From assembly GCA_964035575.1 (NCBI GenBank), contig OZ037839.1, positions 1,054,001 to 1,118,000 on the forward strand: 64,000 nucleotides of DNA, read 5' to 3'. Made by a program: the position numbers and the translations under genes. The DNA comes from Rhynchopus sp. YZ270_cl-10 (taxonomy: Eukaryota). The notes beneath the pieces are model-generated. The model did not search any database, was not told the origin of the DNA, and worked only from the letters and a program-made list of their open reading frames with translations. Positions 12,601 through 24,387 of this stretch are shown here, piece by piece (the stretch's first letter is position 1; the number at the start of each line of letters is the position of its first letter).

Positions 12601-15600
12601 ATTTGAGGAACTCACAACGCGTCAAAACGAAAAGGTCGTTTTTGGCACTTTTAAAACCGGGCTCCGCTGAGTTCACCATATTTTTGCTCGATTTATTTAG
12701 TGGAGTAACTAATTAGTAATCGTATTCTCGGACAAAAATTCGGGACGAGGTGTTAGATAATTCCCCTGTATTTTACTAAGGGAAAATCCCTAGTAAAATA
12801 CAGGCAAAAATCCAGGTAAAAATCACTTTGTCTCGATTTTTTAGTAAAAATACAGGGTGCAACGAAACCAGAAAAAAACTTCGCCATTGGACGTTTCTGG
12901 GTTCCGAGCTTTTAACGCAAAAAAAATCTATTTTTTTTTCGCGAAATTTTTTGACTTAACACTGCTTGTGCTTAGAAAACCCGAATTTTTTACCCTTCAA
13001 AATTGCATTTGAGGAACTCACAACGCGTCAAAACGAAAAGGTCGTTTTTGGCACTTTTAAAACCGGGCTCCGCTGAGTTCACCATATTTTTGCTCGATTT
13101 ATTTAGTGGAGTAACTAATTAGTAATCGTATTCTCGGACAAAAATTCGGGACGAGGTGTTAGATAATTCCCCTGTATTTTACTAAGGGAAAATCCCTAGT
13201 AAAATACAGGCAAAAATCCAGGTAAAAATCACTTTGTCTCGATTTTTTAGTAAAAATACAGGGTGCAACGAAACCAGAAAAAAACTTCGCCATTGGACGT
13301 TTCTGGGTTCCGAGCTTTTAACGCAAAAAAAATCTATTTTTTTTTCGCGAAATTTTTTGACTTAACACTGCTTGTGCTTAGAAAACCCGAATTTTTTACC
13401 CTTCAAAATTGCATTTGAGGAACTCACAACGCGTCAAAACGAAAAGGTCGTTTTTGGCACTTTTAAAACCGGGCTCCGCTGAGTTCACCATATTTTTGCT
13501 CGATTTATTTAGTGGAGTAACTAATTAGTAATCGTATTCTCGGACAAAAATTCGGGACGAGGTGTTAGATAATTCCCCTGTATTTTACTAAGGGAAAATC
13601 CCTAGTAAAATACAGGCAAAAATCCAGGTAAAAATCACTTTGTCTCGATTTTTTAGTAAAAATACAGGGTGCAACGAAACCAGAAAAAAACTTCGCCATT
13701 GGACGTTTCTGGGTTCCGAGCTTTTAACGCAAAAAAAATCTATTTTTTTTTCGCGAAATTTTTTGACTTAACACTGCTTGTGCTTAGAAAACCCGAATTT
13801 TTTACCCTTCAAAATTGCATTTGAGGAACTCACAACGCGTCAAAACGAAAAGGTCGTTTTTGGCACTTTTAAAACCGGGCTCCGCTGAGTTCACCATATT
13901 TTTGCTCGATTTATTTAGTGGAGTAACTAATTAGTAATCGTATTCTCGGACAAAAATTCGGGACGAGGTGTTAGATAATTCCCCTGTATTTTACTAAGGG
14001 AAAATCCCTAGTAAAATACAGGCAAAAATCCAGGTAAAAATCACTTTGTCTCGATTTTTTAGTAAAAATACAGGGTGCAACGAAACCAGAAAAAAACTTC
14101 GCCATTGGACGTTTCTGGGTTCCGAGCTTTTAACGCAAAAAAAATCTATTTTTTTTTCGCGAAATTTTTTGACTTAACACTGCTTGTGCTTAGAAAACCC
14201 GAATTTTTTACCCTTCAAAATTGCATTTGAGGAACTCACAACGCGTCAAAACGAAAAGGTCGTTTTTGGCACTTTTAAAACCGGGCTCCGCTGAGTTCAC
14301 CATATTTTTGCTCGATTTATTTAGTGGAGTAACTAATTAGTAATCGTATTCTCGGACAAAAATTCGGGACGAGGTGTTAGATAATTCCCCTGTATTTTAC
14401 TAAGGGAAAATCCCTAGTAAAATACAGGCAAAAATCCAGGTAAAAATCACTTTGTCTCGATTTTTTAGTAAAAATACAGGGTGCAACGAAACCAGAAAAA
14501 AACTTCGCCATTGGACGTTTCTGGGTTCCGAGCTTTTAACGCAAAAAAAATCTATTTTTTTTTCGCGAAATTTTTTGACTTAACACTGCTTGTGCTTAGA
14601 AAACCCGAATTTTTTACCCTTCAAAATTGCATTTGAGGAACTCACAACGCGTCAAAACGAAAAGGTCGTTTTTGGCACTTTTAAAACCGGGCTCCGCTGA
14701 GTTCACCATATTTTTGCTCGATTTATTTAGTGGAGTAACTAATTAGTAATCGTATTCTCGGACAAAAATTCGGGACGAGGTGTTAGATAATTCCCCTGTA
14801 TTTTACTAAGGGAAAATCCCTAGTAAAATACAGGCAAAAATCCAGGTAAAAATCACTTTGTCTCGATTTTTTAGTAAAAATACAGGGTGCAACGAAACCA
14901 GAAAAAAACTTCGCCATTGGACGTTTCTGGGTTCCGAGCTTTTAACGCAAAAAAAATCTATTTTTTTTTCGCGAAATTTTTTGACTTAACACTGCTTGTG
15001 CTTAGAAAACCCGAATTTTTTACCCTTCAAAATTGCATTTGAGGAACTCACAACGCGTCAAAACGAAAAGGTCGTTTTTGGCACTTTTAAAACCGGGCTC
15101 CGCTGAGTTCACCATATTTTTGCTCGATTTATTTAGTGGAGTAACTAATTAGTAATCGTATTCTCGGACAAAAATTCGGGACGAGGTGTTAGATAATTCC
15201 CCTGTATTTTACTAAGGGAAAATCCCTAGTAAAATACAGGCAAAAATCCAGGTAAAAATCACTTTGTCTCGATTTTTTAGTAAAAATACAGGGTGCAACG
15301 AAACCAGAAAAAAACTTCGCCATTGGACGTTTCTGGGTTCCGAGCTTTTAACGCAAAAAAAATCTATTTTTTTTTCGCGAAATTTTTTGACTTAACACTG
15401 CTTGTGCTTAGAAAACCCGAATTTTTTACCCTTCAAAATTGCATTTGAGGAACTCACAACGCGTCAAAACGAAAAGGTCGTTTTTGGCACTTTTAAAACC
15501 GGGCTCCGCTGAGTTCACCATATTTTTGCTCGATTTATTTAGTGGAGTAACTAATTAGTAATCGTATTCTCGGACAAAAATTCGGGACGAGGTGTTAGAT

Positions 15601-17218
15601 AATTCCCCTGTATTTTACTAAGGGAAAATCCCTAGTAAAATACAGGCAAAAATCCAGGTAAAAATCACTTTGTCTCGATTTTTTAGTAAAAATACAGGGT
15701 GCAACGAAACCAGAAAAAAACTTCGCCATTGGACGTTTCTGGGTTCCGAGCTTTTAACGCAAAAAAAATCTATTTTTTTTTCGCGAAATTTTTTGACTTA
15801 ACACTGCTTGTGCTTAGAAAACCCGAATTTTTTACCCTTCAAAATTGCATTTGAGGAACTCACAACGCGTCAAAACGAAAAGGTCGTTTTTGGCACTTTT
15901 AAAACCGGGCTCCGCTGAGTTCACCATATTTTTGCTCGATTTATTTAGTGGAGTAACTAATTAGTAATCGTATTCTCGGACAAAAATTCGGGACGAGGTG
16001 TTAGATAATTCCCCTGTATTTTACTAAGGGAAAATCCCTAGTAAAATACAGGCAAAAATCCAGGTAAAAATCACTTTGTCTCGATTTTTTAGTAAAAATA
16101 CAGGGTGCAACGAAACCAGAAAAAAACTTCGCCATTGGACGTTTCTGGGTTCCGAGCTTTTAACGCAAAAAAAATCTATTTTTTTTTCGCGAAATTTTTT
16201 GACTTAACACTGCTTGTGCTTAGAAAACCCGAATTTTTTACCCTTCAAAATTGCATTTGAGGAACTCACAACGCGTCAAAACGAAAAGGTCGTTTTTGGC
16301 ACTTTTAAAACCGGGCTCCGCTGAGTTCACCATATTTTTGCTCGATTTATTTAGTGGAGTAACTAATTAGTAATCGTATTCTCGGACAAAAATTCGGGAC
16401 GAGGTGTTAGATAATTCCCCTGTATTTTACTAAGGGAAAATCCCTAGTAAAATACAGGCAAAAATCCAGGTAAAAATCACTTTGTCTCGATTTTTTAGTA
16501 AAAATACAGGGTGCAACGAAACCAGAAAAAAACTTCGCCATTGGACGTTTCTGGGTTCCGAGCTTTTAACGCAAAAAAAATCTATTTTTTTTTCGCGAAA
16601 TTTTTTGACTTAACACTGCTTGTGCTTAGAAAACCCGAATTTTTTACCCTTCAAAATTGCATTTGAGGAACTCACAACGCGTCAAAACGAAAAGGTCGTT
16701 TTTGGCACTTTTAAAACCGGGCTCCGCTGAGTTCACCATATTTTTGCTCGATTTATTTAGTGGAGTAACTAATTAGTAATCGTATTCTCGGACAAAAATT
16801 CGGGACGAGGTGTTAGATAATTCCCCTGTATTTTACTAAGGGAAAATCCCTAGTAAAATACAGGCAAAAATCCAGGTAAAAATCACTTTGTCTCGATTTT
16901 TTAGTAAAAATACAGGGTGCAACGAAACCAGAAAAAAACTTCGCCATTGGACGTTTCTGGGTTCCGAGCTTTTAACGCAAAAAAAATCTATTTTTTTTTC
17001 GCGAAATTTTTTGACTTAACACTGCTTGTGCTTAGAAAACCCGAATTTTTTACCCTTCAAAATTGCATTTGAGGAACTCACAACGCGTCAAAACGAAAAG
17101 GTCGTTTTTGGCACTTTTAAAACCGGGCTCCGCTGAGTTCACCATATTTTTGCTCGATTTATTTAGTGGAGTAACTAATTAGTAATCGTATTCTCGGACA
17201 AAAATTCGGGACGAGGTG
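9693..17218. repeat. 406-bp tandem satellite, about 18.5 units, each containing the transposon right TIR
   Basis: GGACGAGGTG recurs at 9901, 10307, ... 17209 (18 x 406); units look identical by eye. Confidence 0.97.
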
Positions 17219-17384
17219 TAAAAGATCTTGTATCAACTTGAAAAGGAAAAGCAATGAACAGCAACAGAGCCATTTGGGCTTACGCGTCGCTATAGTAACT
17301 GAAAAACAATGTTTTAAAAACAAGAATGTCGTTGACCAAGATTGAAATACACGAAAAAGGTAAAATACTAAGAATTGCCTCATA

Positions 17385-19800
17385 TTCCATGGGCATCGTT
17401 GCTGATGTTGTAGTTTGTCTGCTGAGTGATCACGCGCCCCCCCTACTAGGGAGGTCTTAGGTTCAGGCTTCGGCTAGCACGTAAAAGCTACCATGTCGCC
17501 GAAGTTAGCGGTCCTCGTATTCCATGAGGTCTTTCAGATGTTGTTGTTTGACTGCTGAGTGATCACGCGCCCCCCCTACTAGGGAGGTCTTAGGTTCAGG
17601 CTTCGGCTTGCACGTAAAGAACTACCATGTAGTCGAAGTTAGCGGTCCTCGTATTCCATGAGGCATTTCTGATGATGTTGTTTGTCTGCTGAGTGATCAC
17701 GCGCCCCCCCTACTAGGGAGGTCTTAGGATCATGCTTCGGCTTGCACGTAAAGAACTACCATGTCGCCGAAGTTAGCGGTCCTCGTATTCCATGAGGTCT
17801 TTCAGATGTTGTTGTTTGACTGCTGAGTGATCACGCGCCCCCCCTACTAGGGAGGTCTTAGGTTCATGCTTCGGCTTGCACGAAAAAAGCTACCATGTCG
17901 CCGAAGTTAGCGGTCCTCGTATTCCATGAGGTCTTTCAGATGTAGTTTGTCTGCTGAGTGATCACGCGCCCCCCCTACTAGGGAGGTCTTAGGTTCAGGC
18001 TTCGGCTTGCACGTAAAAGCTACCATGTCGTCGAAGTTAGCGGTCCTCGTATTCCATGAGGTCTTTCAGATGTTGTTGTTTGACTGCTGAGTGATCACGC
18101 GCCCCCCCTACTAGGGAGGTCTTAGGTTCATGCTTCGGCTTGCACGTAAAAGCTACCATGTCGTCGAAGTTAGCGGTCCTCGTATTCCATGAGGTCTTTC
18201 AGATGTTGTTGTTTGTCTGCTGAGTGATCACGCGCCCCCCCTACTAGGGAGGTCTTAGGTTCATGCTTCGGCTAGCACGTAAAAGCTACCATGTCGCCGA
18301 AGTTAGCGGTCCTCGTATTCCATGAGGTCTTTCAGATGTTGTTGTTTGACTGCTGAGTGATCACGCGCCCCCCCTACTAGGGAGGTCTTAGGTTCATGCT
18401 TCGGCTTGCACGAAAAAAGCTACCATGTCGTCGAAGTTAGCGGTCCTCGTATTCCATGAGGTCTTTCAGATGTTGTTGTTTGACTGCTGAGTGATCACGC
18501 GCCCCCCCTACTAGGGAGGTCTTAGGTTCATGCTTCGGCTTGCACGTAAAGAACTACCATGTCGCCGAAGTTAGCGGTCCTCGTATTCCATGAGGTCTTT
18601 CAGATGTTGTTGTTTGTCTGCTGAGTGATCACGCGCCCCCCCCTACTAGGGAGGTCTTAGGTTCATGCTTCGGCTAGCACGTAAAAGCTACCATGTCGCC
18701 GAAGTTAGCGGTCCTCGTATTCCATGAGGTCTTTCAGATGTAGTTTGTCTGCTGAGTGATCACGCGCCCCCCCTACTAGGGAGGTCTTAGGTTCAGGCTT
18801 CGGCTTGCACGTAAAAGCTACCATGTCGTCGAAGTTAGCGGTCCTCGTATTCCATGAGGTCTTTCAGATGTTGTTGTTTGACTGCTGAGTGATCACGCGC
18901 CCCCCCTACTAGGGAGGTCTTAGGTTCATGCTTCGGCTTGCACGTAAAAGCTACCATGTCGTCGAAGTTAGCGGTCCTCGTATTCCATGAGGTCTTTCAG
19001 ATGTTGTTGTTTGTCTGCTGAGTGATCACGCGCCCCCCCTACTAGGGAGGTCTTAGGTTCATGCTTCGGCTTGCACGTAAAGAACTACCATGTCGCCGAA
19101 GTTAGCGGTCCTCGTATTCCATGAGGTCTTTCAGATGTTGTTGTTTGTCTGCTGAGTGATCACGCGCCCCCCCCTACTAGGGAGGTCTTAGGTTCATGCT
19201 TCGGCTAGCACGTAAAAGCTACCATGTCGCCGAAGTTAGCGGTCCTCGTATTCCATGAGGTCTTTCAGATGTTGTTGTTTGACTGCTGAGTGATCACGCG
19301 CCCCCCCTACTAGGGAGGTCTTAGGTTCATGCTTCGGCTTGCACGAAAAAAGCTACCATGTCGTCGAAGTTAGCGGTCCTCGTATTCCATGAGGCATTTC
19401 TGATGTAGTTTGTCTGCTGAGTGATCACGCGCCCCCCCTACTAGGGAGGTCTTAGGTTCAGGCTTCGGTTTGCACGTAAAAGCTACCATGTCGTCGAAGT
19501 TAGCGGTCCTCGTATTCCATGAGGCATTTCTGATGATGTAGTTTGTCTGCTGAGTGATCACGCGCCCCCCCTACTAGGGAGGTCTTAGGTTCATGCTTCG
19601 GCTTGCACGTAAAAGCTACCATGTCGTCGAAGTTAGCGGTCCTCGTATTCCATGAGGTCTTTCAAATGTTGTTGTTTGACTGCTGAGTGATCACGCGCCC
19701 CCCCTACTAGGGAGGTCTTGGGTTCAGGCTTCGGCTAGCACGTAAAAAGCTACCATGTCGCGAAGTTAGCGGTCCTCGTATTCCATGAGGCACTTCAGAT
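17385..19800. repeat. About 133-bp tandem repeat (about 18 units) in retroelement B
   Basis: Recurrent GTGATCACGCGCCCCCCCTACTAGGGAGGTC with a few alternating variant blocks. Confidence 0.96.
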
Positions 19801-19822
19801 GTTGTTCTTCTTTTTCTTCTTG

Positions 19823-19890
19823 TTCCGAGTCTTTGCCGCAGTCCACTGCGTTGCCCGGGGTCACCTCGTGGAGGTGCTCGGTAAAACCCC
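19823..19890 (-). ncRNA. Predicted HDV-like self-cleaving ribozyme at the 5' end of element B
   Basis: GGGGUU-UUA-CCGAGC-ACC-UCCACGA-GGU-GACCCC-GG-GCAA-CGCAG-UGGA-CUGCG-GCAAA-GACUCGG fits P1/P2/P3/L3/P1.1/P4/J4-2; predicted cleavage site 1 nt from the TSD. Confidence 0.8.
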
Positions 19891-19891
19891 T

Positions 19892-20169
19892 GTCGCCAAC
19901 CTCGCTTCGGAAATGTCTGTCTCACCCAAGGCACGAAGTGCCTCAACAGATGCGTACTTAGTAGTTTTCGTCAACACGACTGTGTCTCCAGCACTCAGTT
20001 CTGTGATGTCCTCTCCTTCCTCCTTCCCTCCGAAGCCCATGCGGAAGCTGTCTTCGCCCAACCCTGTTGCAGACGCCACCTTCTGCCGCATCGTCTCCGT
20101 TGTGTCGTTCTCACCCACCTCAATCACGTATTTGGTGTCATCATCATATCCCTGCACACACAGTTCCAT
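19892..20169 (-). pseudogene. Ubiquitin-like/LRR gene copy 1, 5' (ubiquitin-like) half
   Basis: MELCVQGY...IEVGENDTTETMRQKVASATGL...FRMGFGGK...GDTVVL...EARLAT, as in intact paralogs. Confidence 0.9.
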
Positions 20170-21232
20170 TGTTTCGAGTGACGTGTTGCACTGTTGTGGG
20201 TAAGTGTTGAGAAGGAGGAGGGGAGGTACATTTTGTACTTTCTTCTGCATCTCCGTTATTGTGTTGTCGTGCAGCGAGCACATCCTCACGACAGAGCTAA
20301 GCATTGCTCCCGACACAAAACCCACAGGTTCGGGCTCTCACGGTTGGTCACATCCACATCACAACCGTTGTCGGCACAAATCAAAATTGTGAGGAAAAGG
20401 CCTGGGGGAAGTGGGAAGTGAGGGAAGTGAGGGAACGCTTGTTCAGAACGATTGTCCTAACTTGGAGAGACGAAGAACTGCACTGAGGGAGATGCACTGA
20501 AGCAGTCATAGAGGAGAAGTGCACCGGCGCTGAGATGCGTAACTTCGCGGGAATGCACCTCACGACCGGGTACGGCGCGGAATTTTTGTCGTGTTTTTGG
20601 TGGTCACATGCTGCAGGCCCAAGGAGATGTGGGGAATTGAGAGACGAGGTGACTATTCAGCCGGACGGTTCCGTGAAAGTGAAAGCACACAGTGACCTTC
20701 GCGAGCAAAGTATCGGGAATACACCAAGTGTACACTGCTCCACGATTCCAAGCAGAGCACCGTGGGGAATAGAAAGTGCTTGTCTGAAGGAAGCAAATGA
20801 AAGATAGGAGAAGGAAAGAAGAAGAAGGTTGTACAAGGCGGGAAGTGGGTTGTCTGGGGATGCTGTTCTGTTCTTTGCCAAGTCTTATCATGCACAGCGA
20901 TGTGATCAGATATGGCGATAAAGGGGGGTGGTTGTTTCTATTATTCTCACTACTCAAATCTTTGTTTGCTCTGATGTTTCCCAAATTCTTCAAAACACAC
21001 TCCTGTCCGTTGTGCACCAAACCCTCAAACCTCTCCTGCTTGTCACCTGTTAGTGTTTGCTGGTGTTGGCAGTGTAGTGGCAGGGGTGATAACGTTGTCC
21101 CATCACGTGGTGGTGTGGAACTACTGGGGCAGAATCACCACACCCTCCAAATCCTCCTGCTTGCGTTGCTCCTGTTTGTCCTGCCCCAAACCCTCCAAAC
21201 CCCTCTGTTCATCCAGCTTGTCCTGCGCCTGT

Positions 21233-22726
21233 TTATGCTGCCCCCAACTCTCCAAATCCTCTTTTTGTTCCTCTTTTTTGTCCTCTTGTGCTTGCATCAA
21301 TCTCTTCTCTCTCTTGTCCTGCTTTCAATTCAATACATTGTCTTGCACTTCCAGACACGTCTGTTCGTACTGCCTCAAAAGCTTCTATCCGCACATCCCC
21401 GAACTGTTCCGTAAACCTTGCGTAAATCTCACGCACACGTGCATAGAAGGCCTCCTTGTAGGTGCTCATTCTAGGGTCTCCATTCGGGAGAGACAACATC
21501 TCGTCAATGTCGATGTTGCCTGGCAAGACGACTGTTGTGAGTGCGTTGCAGTTGAGCAGGAAGTTGCGCTGCGGGATCTCTGTGTCCCTGCCAAAACCTG
21601 ACATGTCCAGCGTGGTCAAGGATGTGCAATCTTGCAGGAAACGTCCATCAATCCGACTAACATTGCTCATTCCTGAGAAGTCTGCTGTTGTCAACGCGGA
21701 GCACTCTTGCAGCCAGCCGCGCTTAATGTGCATGATGCTGCGCAACACTGATAAATCAACTGTTTGCAATGATGTGCAGTGATAAAGAAACTCTGGCCCA
21801 ATGGCTGCGACCCTGCCAAAAGCTGAAAGGTCGATACTCTCCAACGAGGTGCAGTCCGAACAAAAGTCGCTACCAATTTCCGTCACATTCGTCATCCCTG
21901 AAAAGCTGATGGTGGTCAACGACTCGCAGTTGGAGAGAAAGTTGGAGTCGATCTTCGTGACACTGCAAAAAGCTGACAAATCAATGGTTGCCAACGAGGT
22001 GCAGTTCTGGAGGAAGCCGTCCTCAATGTGCGTGATTCTGCGCCATCCTGAGATGTCAATCCTTTTCAACGACTGGCAGAATTCAAGAAAGCTTGTACCA
22101 ACCTCCGTCACACTCGTCATATGGGATAAGTCAAGATTTGTGACGCCACTTCCTGCGAGGAACCTGTTCCCTATCACCGTCACACCAGTGAACCCTGACA
22201 CGTCAAGGCTTGTCAACGATGTGCAGCAAGAGAGACAGCCATACTCGATGTGCGTAACGTTGCACAATCCCGACAAGTCAACGGTTGTAACCGACGTACA
22301 CCCGGAGAGGAAGCCGTCCTCAATTCGTGTCACACCAGACACAGCAGAGAGATCAAGTCTCGTAAACGATGCATCGCACAAGAAGTAGTCCGGAATAACA
22401 GTCGCAACCTCCGCCTGAAGAAGCAGAGAAGCCACCTCAGGATCCTCCACAGTCGCCAACCTCGCTTCGGAAATGTCTGTCTCACCCAAGGCACGAAGTG
22501 CCTCAACAGATTGGTACTTCGTCGACTTCGTCAACACGACTGTGTCTCCAGCACTCAGTTCTGTGATGTCCTCTCCTTCCTCCTTCCCTCCGAAGCCCAT
22601 GCGGAAGCTGTCTTCGCACAACCCTGTTGCAGACGCCACCTTCTGCCGCATCGTCTCCGTTGTGTCGTTCTCACCCACCTCAATCACGTATTTGGTATCA
22701 TCATATCCCTGCACACACAGTTCCAT
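21233..22726 (-). CDS. Ubiquitin-like domain + BspA-type LRR protein (copy 2, intact)
   Basis: Open frame from MELCVQGY; N-terminal Ubl-like pattern, 24-aa LRRs, charged C-terminal tail; empty target site around 22450-22480. Confidence 0.9.
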   Translation of the reverse strand: MELCVQGYDDTKYVIEVGENDTTETMRQKVASATGLCEDSFRMGFGGKEEGEDITELSAGDTVVLTKSTKYQSVEALRALGETDISEARLATVEDPEVASLLLQAEVATVIPDYFLCDASFTRLDLSAVSGVTRIEDGFLSGCTSVTTVDLSGLCNVTHIEYGCLSCCTSLTSLDVSGFTGVTVIGNRFLAGSGVTNLDLSHMTSVTEVGTSFLEFCQSLKRIDISGWRRITHIEDGFLQNCTSLATIDLSAFCSVTKIDSNFLSNCESLTTISFSGMTNVTEIGSDFCSDCTSLESIDLSAFGRVAAIGPEFLYHCTSLQTVDLSVLRSIMHIKRGWLQECSALTTADFSGMSNVSRIDGRFLQDCTSLTTLDMSGFGRDTEIPQRNFLLNCNALTTVVLPGNIDIDEMLSLPNGDPRMSTYKEAFYARVREIYARFTEQFGDVRIEAFEAVRTDVSGSARQCIELKAGQEREEIDASTRGQKRGTKRGFGELGAA

Positions 22727-23472
22727 TGTTTCGAGTGAAGTGTTGCACTGTTGTGGGGTGAGTGTTGAGAAGGAGGAGGAGGGAGGCAAGATACAACACA
22801 AATACTTTCTTTTTTTTCCATTTATCCGGGTACTCTTCCCTTATGAGCAAGAACTAACAGGTGTGTTTTTTTTTTTTTTTTTTTTTTTTTTTTCCATATG
22901 AAAGGAAACGTGGTCCTTACCGGGTCCTGTATATCCACAGCGTTGTTTTGACTGAGAACAAGATAGGTACTAAAATAGAACACAAAAAGAACGACACTGT
23001 AAAGCGTTCCTTTTTACTGGCCGGGAAGGGGAAACAGAGGTCGTGTCAGGGGCACGCCTGGTCCGCAGGATCCATGCTATCTGTGACCTGGGCGAGCACC
23101 GCGCCCCACCGCTTCCGCGCCGTTGCCCCACGCGATGTCTTCGTCTGGCTGTGCGGTGGAGACGGCAGCCTCTGTCCGAGGCTGTGCGGCAGCTGTCTGC
23201 ATGCTGGATGCTGTGTCGGGTTGAATGTTGGGGACAACTTCAGCTTCGGGTGACATCAACTCAATTTCAGCTCCGTGTTCGGGTACAGCTTTGGATGCGA
23301 AGTGAGACTCTGGTTCGGGTGTGAGTTCAGCTTGTGGCGCACCTTCGACCTCTGCTTCTGAAGAGAGGTGAATGCGGTGCATGGTAACATCCTGGTGTGC
23401 GACATCAGCAGTGTCGGCACACTCGCCTTCTCCCTCCTGGCCCTCCTGCCCCTCTTCACCCTCAGGGACGAA

Positions 23473-23882
23473 ACGTCGTGCACCACGGCAGTCACGCCGA
23501 TGCTGTCCATGTACTTCGCGACGTCGTCGCTGACGGCGTGCACGGCGCGTGCCTTGTAGCTTTCCACAACATCGGAAAAGGTGTCAGAAAAGGAGCTGTA
23601 CTCAAAGGGCTCGTTCGATGACGGAGGTGGCACCTCGCCTGTAACACATAGTACTAAGAGAAGGGTGCAAGTTGTTTTTAACATAATGCTCTGTTGGAAG
23701 GGTGAGGTGGGGAGGCGGGTAGGGTGGGTGAGTGGGGATATGTGGAAGTACTGGGGCAGAATATATTCGTTGACTTGTGAATCAATGATGTGCACCCCAG
23801 AAGAAACTCTGACCCCATGACTGCGACATTGCCAAAGCTGTCAGGTCAATAGTTTCCAACGAGGTTGCTGTGGGTGTTTGGT
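23473..23882 (-). pseudogene. Duplicated 5' fragment and upstream region of the large secreted-protein gene
   Basis: Near-identical to 37184-37593 (MLKTTCTLLLVL...AVVHDV), then diverges abruptly. Confidence 0.88.
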
Positions 23883-24387
23883 GAGGAGCATTGACAAGCC
23901 TCATTGTGGGCGAAATACAGGCGCCACTTCTCGAGAAGGCTTTGATGTACAATGGGGTGATTGGGGGGCTTTCTTTTTCAGGAAAATTCACTTGAGGTTC
24001 GCATAAATCCACAAAGCCTCCACAAAATATTCACTATCGATATCATAAATTACTTTGGTTTTGGTTGAGACACACCAAAGGTGTCGCTTCTGTGGAATCA
24101 CTGAACCACCCATATCCTGGACCACATCGTGGATTCTTCAATGTTATGCACTTCGCATGTTGTTCAAATATACACCACAACCTACTCGACGTGCTACACC
24201 ATGAAGGAAATAAACAAAATCAATCGAAAAGGCTGAACAATTTTTGTGCAAATGAAGTTAGATATTTTCACCGAAGTGTTCTTCACACAAGTCACCAAAC
24301 CCTCCAAATAGTCCTGCCTTCCCTACTCCTGTTTGTCCTTGCTTTTTTGTGATTTTTGTCCCTCTTTTTTGTCCTCTTGTGCTTGCA

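Larger units (their letters stand above)
6924..17218. mobile_element. Non-autonomous DNA transposon with CAC...GTG ends and 3-bp TAA TSD (CACTA/CMC-like, superfamily uncertain)
   Basis: Imperfect TIRs CACTCAATCCCAAATTTTTGTCC / GGACAAAAATTCGGGACGAGGTG; TAA at 6921-6923 and 17219-17221; empty site visible in copy C near 27490. Confidence 0.82.
6723..19891 (-). mobile_element. Non-autonomous retroelement copy B (own sequence 6723-6923 + 17219-19891), interrupted by a DNA transposon
   Basis: 18-bp TSD GTCGCCAACCTCGCTTCG at 6705-6722 and 19892-19909; nearly identical to uninterrupted copy C (27295-30436). Confidence 0.9.

Noticed and set aside
17480..17495. TAAAAGCTAC resembling part of a diplonemid spliced leader
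   Set aside because: Only about 10 nt match; no TTTCTGTACTTTATTG or donor site follows.
17385..19800. 133-bp array as a CRISPR-like array
   Set aside because: No unique spacers; variation is limited to a few recurring alternatives; no cas-like ORFs; eukaryotic context.
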